Of a stretch of 24,000 nt of DNA, positions 18,064 to 24,000 are shown piece by piece (within the stretch, counting starts at the first letter, position 1; every line of letters starts with the position of its first letter). The notes beneath the pieces are model-generated. The model was not told the origin of the DNA and did no database searches. It worked only from the letters and a program-made list of their open reading frames with translations. Location of the stretch: the NCBI GenBank assembly GCA_019056785.1, contig DXJV01000025.1:58207-82206 (forward strand). Reading direction: 5' to 3'. A program made the position numbers and the translations under genes. The DNA is from Candidatus Heimdallarchaeota archaeon (GTDB lineage Archaea; Asgardarchaeota; Heimdallarchaeia; JABLTI01).

Positions 18064-19476
18064 ATGAGGCTAACAAAAATGACTGTTGGTAAAATCACAA
18101 TTAAACCGGCAAACAAAGGAGCCATAATCACCTATTCCATTATTTCATTGTTGTTCTTTGGAGCAGGCATCCTTTGTTTTATCCTCCTGTTGGGGATACA
18201 AGTTCCCGGTGAAACATACACAATTGGAAAAGCAATAACAGACTTTTTTGCATCGATTTCTTTTGCAGGAAGCACCTTAGCGGCTTATTGGTGGGTATTA
18301 TTACTTGCTGGTTTAGGGCTTATTCTCGTGGGCTTTCTTGTTGGATGGCTGTTACTTTTCTTGACGGCGAAAATTGGGCACATCCTAGTCTATGCGGGTG
18401 TGGCATTTTACATTGTTGGTGCTATTATTGGTGTGGTACTGGCTATTCCCTTTGGAGGCGCTCTTTATGCATTAATTGGTTTGGGACCGGCAATAATTCT
18501 AATTATTGGGCTCTTCACCAACATTAACAAGTTTAAACGCGCAGGCGAATTCATGAAATTTACCGGACAAGTTATCTTAGCAGAGAAAGGCATGTTGCTC
18601 GCCCCGATTCTCATTGCATTTAGCTCAATGATAAGTATTTTATCAATGGGATCTATTTTCGCCTATCTGGTCTTTATTTTCGATGCGATCCCTTGGCTAG
18701 GCTATTTATTAGGTTCCCTAGCGTCTCTCCTACAATTGATCGTTTATTATGGCACCTTTTATGTCGCAGAAGCAATAAATACTACGTATGCTTATGAGTG
18801 GTATCGCAAAAGAGATCCTGACATGAAGTTTTGCAGGAAAAACGTCGCCGGAAATTTCGGACCAATCTTTGCTTTCGGTGTCACTACAGCCCTTGTTAGC
18901 TGGTTGCAAAGAATGCTAAGAAACGCTGCCGCCAATGCACGGACCAAGGGTGCAGCAATTTTAGCAATACTCGCCCGGATTGTTGCAAGCCTTTTAGGAA
19001 TCATCTTCAAGTATCTGACCTATTTCACACTCCCTGCAATTGTTGTAGAAGGCCGGAAGTTCAAAGATGGTATAACGAGGAGCTTCAATTTACTGAAACG
19101 GTATTATATGGATGTCATTATACGTGAAACTGGCGTTGATCGAGGAATGGGCATCTTACAATGGATTGCCATTTTTATCTATGGTATTTTAGGTGTCATT
19201 GCTGGCTTTGTTGTTAAGATGACGACTAATGAAAGCTGGACCTTTGCAATGCTTATTTGCGTCATTCCTGCGATTATCTTCGCAAGTATCCCCACCTTCT
19301 TCATCTTCAGACCCATGAAAACAGCCTACTTAACTTTCATCTTTGCTTATGCTCAAGATGAAGAAAGTGGCTTTAAACTTCCAACAAGAATGCCTGCGGC
19401 ACTTCGTGGTGACTTGAAATCAGTTCGCAGCACAATGGATACAAGTAAATCAATTGCAGCAGTAGTGCAAAAATAA
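18064..19476 (+). CDS. Multipass membrane protein, DUF6159-like
   Basis: 470 aa with many hydrophobic segments. LPAIVVEGRKFKDGITRSFNLLKR and AYLTFIFAYAQDEESG resemble the DUF6159 family layout. Confidence 0.7.
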   Translation: MRLTKMTVGKITIKPANKGAIITYSIISLLFFGAGILCFILLLGIQVPGETYTIGKAITDFFASISFAGSTLAAYWWVLLLAGLGLILVGFLVGWLLLFLTAKIGHILVYAGVAFYIVGAIIGVVLAIPFGGALYALIGLGPAIILIIGLFTNINKFKRAGEFMKFTGQVILAEKGMLLAPILIAFSSMISILSMGSIFAYLVFIFDAIPWLGYLLGSLASLLQLIVYYGTFYVAEAINTTYAYEWYRKRDPDMKFCRKNVAGNFGPIFAFGVTTALVSWLQRMLRNAAANARTKGAAILAILARIVASLLGIIFKYLTYFTLPAIVVEGRKFKDGITRSFNLLKRYYMDVIIRETGVDRGMGILQWIAIFIYGILGVIAGFVVKMTTNESWTFAMLICVIPAIIFASIPTFFIFRPMKTAYLTFIFAYAQDEESGFKLPTRMPAALRGDLKSVRSTMDTSKSIAAVVQK

Positions 19477-19503
19477 GAACCTTCCGTTCTTTTCTTCCTT
19501 TTT

Positions 19504-19529
19504 CTTTTTTTGCTAAATAGTAAAAAAAG
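19504..19529 (+). terminator. AU-rich hairpin just downstream of the membrane protein gene
   Basis: CTTTTTTTGCT-AAAT-AGTAAAAAAAG gives an 11-bp stem including one G-U pair. The outer repeat CGTTCTTTT (19485..19493) / AAAAGAACG (19525..19533) is an alternative fold. Confidence 0.3.
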
Positions 19530-19619
19530 AACGAACATTTTTCATGCTTGTCTTTTAATTCCTTTTTTTTACTATCTACCTTTCACGTAAAGACATATTT
19601 GCAAAGAATAAAACTATGA

Positions 19620-20124
19620 CAACAAAAGCAATCACAAGCACTATATACCAATACTCGGAAACAATTATCAGTGGCAATGAGCGCAAATACACTTCTTCTC
19701 ATCAAATCAGAATTAGAAGAAGCGAAGAAAAAAGGCGTACAATTTTGCTCCATTGCCTTTAAATAGCTTGAGCAGTTAACCCCTTCTATTAAAAGAGAGC
19801 TGTACAAAGAAACAGGTTTTGACCATTACGTAATCCCCCTCACTTTTTACTTAAAGCCTATTCCCAAATTCTTCAAGCTAACTAAGAAAATTAGTGAGAT
19901 AATTGATTGCCCTGGCATAATTATTTCCTATAGTGTTGAGTCTGTTGTGCTTTTACCCCTGTTCCCACATGAAACGTTTTTTTGGCATCTGGGTTTTCTC
20001 AGAGCAGATCATAAAGCAACAACTAGTGGCATACAATGAATTATTTTCCCTTGCAGAAAAGACTCAAGTTTTACATTTCAGCTTAATTAAGAATAGTTTA
20101 ATAATTGACTTTCCTATTTACTAA
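19620..20124 (+). pseudogene. Probable degraded remnant of a TrmB-like regulator C-terminal (effector) domain
   Basis: Frame 0: QALYTNTRKQLSVAMSANTLLLIKSELEEAKKKGVQFCSIAFK, then TAG (19764), then LEQLTPSIKRELYKETGFDHYVIPLTFYLKPIPKFFKLTKKISEIIDCPGIIISYSVESVVLLPLFPHETFF. At a 7-T run (19977..19983) the coding-like sequence moves to frame 1: GIWVFSEQIIKQQLVAYNELFSLAEKTQVL. Confidence 0.5.
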
Positions 20125-20158
20125 CAGACGCCGTTTATTACTCCGGGGTTAATAAGGA

Positions 20159-21421
20159 ATGACTAGTAGCAGCGTTGAACCAAAGAAAAAAAAACCAAAG
20201 GAACGCTTTAAACGCCTAGGTGTAGGGTTTAAGAAAAGGCTTCTAAAATTTTCAATTGTCTCTTTAATTGGGCTTTGCATTAATTTGGCGGCTTTAAATT
20301 TTGCAGAGTTTATACTCTATCATATTCACTCGAGTATTTTGGAAGCCGGACACAAGATTTGGATCTTCTCTTTTACTTATATTGACTTGATTTCAATTGC
20401 AACAGGTATCGCAGCTGCAACTCTTTCTAATTACATTCTTAATAAGATTTGGACCTTCGAAAAAGCGAAAGTTGAACGTGTTATAACCCAATTCTTGAAA
20501 TACGCTGTTGTAGGAGCCTCGGGAGCAGTTCTCAAATACCTTCTAACAACGGCATTAAAAACAGCATTTCTTCATGTTATCCCCTCAGATCGATGGGCGA
20601 CGGTCCCTGCCAGCGCAGTTGCCTTTACTGTTACGGTAGTATGGAACTATATTTGGAACGAAGTTTGGACGTTTGATGTTATTGAAGGTGTCTCAGAATC
20701 ATTTGAAATTCCGGAGGGGATGGACTTTAGCGATGTGACAATTATCACTCCGACTTTCAACGAAGGAGAAAATATTGGCCCTTTATTGGAATATTTGAGT
20801 AAACATTTACCCGGAGTTCATGTTATAGTTGCAGATGATGGGTCAACAGACGGGACGCGCGAATATGTTAGAGAGTTCCAAAAAACCAATCCAAAGTTTC
20901 ATCTTCTTGACCGAGAAAAAGAAGCCGTCCATGGATTGACAATAAGTGTAATTGATGCTATTAAGCAAACCGAGACACCTTATTTCGTTGTCATGGATTG
21001 CGACTTTCAACACCCACCAGAAAAGGTTGCAGAGATAACTGTGAAATTACGAGAAGGCTTTCATTTCGTTGTCGGAGAACGAGATGAAATCCCAGAATGG
21101 TCCTTTAAACGGAGGTTAATCTCTTGGGGAGCATCTGTTATTGGCAAGTTCTCCCTTTGGCTACACTGTTCAGCAACATGTGGCGATGTTATGAGCGGTT
21201 TTTTTGGCGGAAAGACAGATTTTGTTAAAACAATTATTGAAAATCATCCCAAAGGGTTCAGACCTCAGGGGTATAAAATCTTATTTGAGTTATTAAAACA
21301 TTCAAAAAGGAAAAAGACAACAGTAGGAAGGGTGGGATATATCTTCCAACAGAGAGCTCATGGAGAATCGAAAATCTCCAAAAAGCACATCATTGAATTC
21401 CTCAAGTCAGCTTTCCCTTAA
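20159..21421 (+). CDS. GtrA-like membrane domain fused to a GT2 family (dolichol-phosphate mannosyltransferase-like) glycosyltransferase
   Basis: N-terminal four hydrophobic segments with two NYxxNxxWTF motifs. Then ITPTFNEGENIGPLLEYLSKHLPGVHVIVADDGSTDGTREYVREF...YFVVMDCDFQHPPEKV...GERDEI. Confidence 0.88.
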   Translation: MTSSSVEPKKKKPKERFKRLGVGFKKRLLKFSIVSLIGLCINLAALNFAEFILYHIHSSILEAGHKIWIFSFTYIDLISIATGIAAATLSNYILNKIWTFEKAKVERVITQFLKYAVVGASGAVLKYLLTTALKTAFLHVIPSDRWATVPASAVAFTVTVVWNYIWNEVWTFDVIEGVSESFEIPEGMDFSDVTIITPTFNEGENIGPLLEYLSKHLPGVHVIVADDGSTDGTREYVREFQKTNPKFHLLDREKEAVHGLTISVIDAIKQTETPYFVVMDCDFQHPPEKVAEITVKLREGFHFVVGERDEIPEWSFKRRLISWGASVIGKFSLWLHCSATCGDVMSGFFGGKTDFVKTIIENHPKGFRPQGYKILFELLKHSKRKKTTVGRVGYIFQQRAHGESKISKKHIIEFLKSAFP

Positions 21422-21440
21422 AGGGCAAAGATTATTCAAT

Positions 21441-22226
21441 TTAATGAAAAACCAATTTCATAGCATTTTCAAATTCGGGTGAATGGGGATCGCCCTGCCA
21501 AATAAGCCGTTTATCCAAACAAACAGCTCTATTACAGAGTTCTTTGATCAGCGGAATGCTATGAGAAACCATTACAATTGTAACGGAAGTTTCTTGGTAA
21601 ATATTTGCTATAACATCTGCAATGTTTTTGGCAACCTTAAAGTCGAGTGCGGTAAAGGGTTCATCAATAAGAAGAATTTCAGGGTTGTTAACAAGTGCTC
21701 TGGCAATCTTTATTTTCTGTTGTTGCCCTCCACTAAGATGGCCTATGGGTCGTTTTGCCATTGCATCCATTCCTACCAGTTTTAAGGCGGCGGTGATTTT
21801 TTCCCGGTGTTTTTTGGAGAGCGCCCTAAAGAAGCCAATTTGCGAGTAAAGCCCCATGCCAACCACATCTTCTACTAGTGCCGGAAAATTGCGCTCTATA
21901 TTTTGGATCTGGGGGACATAACCGATTTTTGCCTTTATACCCCGGATGTTACTTTTTGTCAAATCTTTGCCAAACACACGCAAACTCCCTTGAACGGGCT
22001 TGATTGCACCGACAATTGATTTTAAGAGCGTGCTTTTCCCAGAACCATTCGGACCGCAGATGCCAATAAAGTCATGTTGATGAACATCAAGATTGATGTC
22101 GAATAATGCCACATTAGTTTGATAGGCAACTGCAAGTCCATTTATGCAAATTAAAAGGTCATCATCTGGCGATTGTTCATCTCTGTCATAGACTTTTTGT
22201 GAAGTGGTTTGTTCTTTTTTTGCCAT
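21441..22226 (-). CDS. ABC transporter ATP-binding subunit, zinc/manganese uptake type (ZnuC/MntB-like)
   Basis: Walker A GPNGSGKSTLLKSIVG, signature LSGGQQQKIKIARALV, Walker B ILLIDEPFTALD, H-loop VMVSHS. Gene neighbours are the matching permease and binding protein. Confidence 0.93.
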   Translation of the reverse strand: MAKKEQTTSQKVYDRDEQSPDDDLLICINGLAVAYQTNVALFDINLDVHQHDFIGICGPNGSGKSTLLKSIVGAIKPVQGSLRVFGKDLTKSNIRGIKAKIGYVPQIQNIERNFPALVEDVVGMGLYSQIGFFRALSKKHREKITAALKLVGMDAMAKRPIGHLSGGQQQKIKIARALVNNPEILLIDEPFTALDFKVAKNIADVIANIYQETSVTIVMVSHSIPLIKELCNRAVCLDKRLIWQGDPHSPEFENAMKLVFH

Positions 22227-22232
22227 TATCCA

Positions 22233-23255
22233 TTATTCCTCCGGTTCTTTTTTGTGTTCATGATGATGAACTAAGGGTTCTTTCTTAAGCAAGGCTTTTT
22301 TCTGGATCTCAATTTTTTCGGCATTATGAATATGCTCGATATCACCAAAAATGCATTCTGGGTTTGGGCAATGACCTGTTTCGTCGAAAAATTTCTTGCA
22401 AAAAGGGCATTCTCCTGAGAGTTTCTTTAACGACCGTCTTTTAGGTGAAAATGCAAAGGAAACAAAAAAGACGAGTGAAACAGTTGTTGCAATAGATGCT
22501 GCAGAAGCAAGATCAAGAACATAAGAAAGGAATAACCCCACAAGTGAAGAGCTAACACCAAAAATGACAGAAAGACCAATCATCTTATTCAACTTGAAAG
22601 TCCATTGATAGGCTGCAGCAGCAGGGGTGACAATCATTGCAAAAACGAGAATCGCACCTATTGCCTTTAAGGAGACAGCAATGGTTATTGAAACTAAAAT
22701 CAAAAAGACGTAATTGAGCAGGGCAACTGGAATGCCGGAAATATTAGCAAGCTCAGCATCAAAGGTTATAAAGTAAAGTTCTTTTTTAATAAGGAATAAC
22801 ACAACAAGCACTAAAGCAGAATAAATGACCAGAAGTATGAAATCCTCTCGATCAACTGTTAATAAATTACCAAAAAGGACTGATTTGATATCAGAGGTAT
22901 ATTCCTTTTGTAAGCCAATAAAAAGGGCAGCGAGAGCAATAAAAAAGGAAAAAACAATACCAATAATCACCTCATCGCGCATTATTTGTTTCTGGTTGAC
23001 ATAGCCAATTCCAAGAGCAGAGAGGATGGAAAAGCCCATAATTAATAACAAGGGGTTCTCAACACCAATAAGAATGCCCAGTGTTGCACCAGCAAAAGAG
23101 GAATGAGCAATTGCTTGCCCGAGAAAAACCATCCCTCGAAGTAAAACAAAAACACCAATTATCGAACAAACGATGCCGATAATTATACTCGAGAAGAGCG
23201 CGCGTTGCATAAAACCATACTGAAATGCTTGGAAGAATTCTACAATTTTAGACAT
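22233..23255 (-). CDS. ABC-3 type metal permease (ZnuB/MntC-like) with cytosolic Cys4/His-rich C-terminal tail
   Basis: ATG 23255: MSKIVEFFQAFQYGFMQRALFSSIIIGIVCSIIGVFVLLRGMVFLGQAIAHSSFAGATLG is the typical ABC-3 N-terminus. The ORF track's longer start at 23327 overlaps the upstream gene extensively. Confidence 0.92.
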   Translation of the reverse strand: MSKIVEFFQAFQYGFMQRALFSSIIIGIVCSIIGVFVLLRGMVFLGQAIAHSSFAGATLGILIGVENPLLLIMGFSILSALGIGYVNQKQIMRDEVIIGIVFSFFIALAALFIGLQKEYTSDIKSVLFGNLLTVDREDFILLVIYSALVLVVLFLIKKELYFITFDAELANISGIPVALLNYVFLILVSITIAVSLKAIGAILVFAMIVTPAAAAYQWTFKLNKMIGLSVIFGVSSSLVGLFLSYVLDLASAASIATTVSLVFFVSFAFSPKRRSLKKLSGECPFCKKFFDETGHCPNPECIFGDIEHIHNAEKIEIQKKALLKKEPLVHHHEHKKEPEE

Positions 23256-24000
23256 GGGGAAGGTCCTCCTTATGTCGGTATCGAACAACAATAACAAGAA
23301 TGGAAATAGCAAGAAAGCCAGAACCATTCAACGCAATAAGAAACCAAAAAGAAACAACGTCGCCTATTTTAGGGGGTTCATGTGGATTTTTAAGGGCAAT
23401 AAGATCATATTCAATCATTTTGATATAGGAAGTAATGATGCTGCCCTGTGCCAGAACAAACCCTTCTACATCAGGAACATCCAAGAGGGGGGTTAACTCG
23501 GCAATTTTGATGTTCGTGTCACGTGCGATTTCTGCGACTTGTTTTTCATCTAATTGTGGTTGATTTATAATTAGTGAAACGTTTTTCGTGATGATCTTAT
23601 CGACAATATCAGCAATATGCTCTGGGCTGGGCTCTTCACCTTCGTGTTCTTCAATAATAGCAACACGTTCGACACCAAGTAGATCCAACAGATACATCAT
23701 CGAGGGGTGATGCACAACAACTTTCAAATTTTGGAGCGTAAGCCGTGTGGCATTAATTTGCGCTAAAAGTGCATCTAGTTTTGCAAGATAAGCTTCTTTA
23801 TTAGAGAGATAGGTGGCACTATTTGCCGGGTCGAGTGTGATAATTTCCTCGTAGATTTTAGCCACCATTGTCTTGACAATTGTTGGGTCCATCCAAACAT
23901 GTGGATTAAGAGCCTCGATAAGGGGATCATAGCGCAACATGGATTGAGTAACCAGCGTAAGAACTTTCACGTTTGGATTTGCCAGTAATACCGCATCAAC
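23248..24000 (-). CDS. Zinc/manganese ABC transporter substrate-binding protein (ZnuA-like), partial at window edge, with C-terminal transmembrane anchor
   Basis: HVWMDPTIVKTMVAKIYEEI, KVVVHHPSMMYLLDLLGVERVAIIEEHEGEEPSPEHI and VSLIINQPQLDEKQVAEIARDTNIKIAELTPL are SBP cluster A-I motifs. The frame stays open upstream to 24000 (VDAVLLANPNV). Stop TAA 23250..23248 overlaps the permease start. Confidence 0.9.
   Translation of the reverse strand, partial: VDAVLLANPNVKVLTLVTQSMLRYDPLIEALNPHVWMDPTIVKTMVAKIYEEIITLDPANSATYLSNKEAYLAKLDALLAQINATRLTLQNLKVVVHHPSMMYLLDLLGVERVAIIEEHEGEEPSPEHIADIVDKIITKNVSLIINQPQLDEKQVAEIARDTNIKIAELTPLLDVPDVEGFVLAQGSIITSYIKMIEYDLIALKNPHEPPKIGDVVSFWFLIALNGSGFLAISILVIVVRYRHKEDLPHV

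Noticed and set aside
19583-19807. 74-aa minus-strand ORF in the track
   Set aside because: Antisense to the plus-strand coding-like remnant. Cys/Phe-rich shadow composition.
23256-23327. Extended N-terminus of the permease in the ORF track (MVLAFLLFPFLLLLFDTDIRRTFP)
   Set aside because: Would overlap the binding-protein gene by 80 bp. MSKIVEFF... at 23255 is the canonical start with a short coupling overlap.
1-24000. CRISPR arrays, tRNA/rRNA genes, transposase or integrase genes, restriction-modification or toxin-antitoxin modules
   Set aside because: Looked for repeated spacer-like units, cloverleaf genes and hallmark proteins; none was visible. The HerA-like ATPase alone is not enough to call a defence island.

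Overview
The window looks like archaeal chromosome, most likely from an Asgard-type archaeon. The lineage inference rests on an ESCRT-III/Snf7-family protein, a two-AAA Cdc48 ATPase and a pair of very large proteins with longin/roadblock-like N-termini. From left to right: (1) a partial minus-strand ORF at 1..2292, absent from the ORF track because it runs off the window edge; (2) a putative tandem V4R-type sensor protein; (3) LarC nickel-pincer nucleotide cofactor protein; (4) a 1037-aa protein that is a clear paralog of (1); (5) a HerA/DUF87-type ATPase followed immediately by an uncharacterised helical protein; (6) ESCRT-III; (7) a small putative winged-helix protein; (8) Cdc48/VAT; (9) cysteinyl-tRNA synthetase; (10) a DUF6159-like multipass membrane protein; (11) an apparent decayed remnant of a TrmB-like regulator; (12) a GtrA-GT2 glycosyltransferase fusion; (13) a Zn/Mn-type ABC uptake operon (ATPase, permease with a Cys4/His-rich tail, membrane-anchored binding protein, partial). 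The best candidates for something undescribed are the giant longin-like/helical paralog pair and the HerA-like ATPase plus helical partner directly upstream of ESCRT-III. I found no CRISPR array, rRNA, tRNA or obvious mobile element. All homology statements come from reading motifs; no searches were run.
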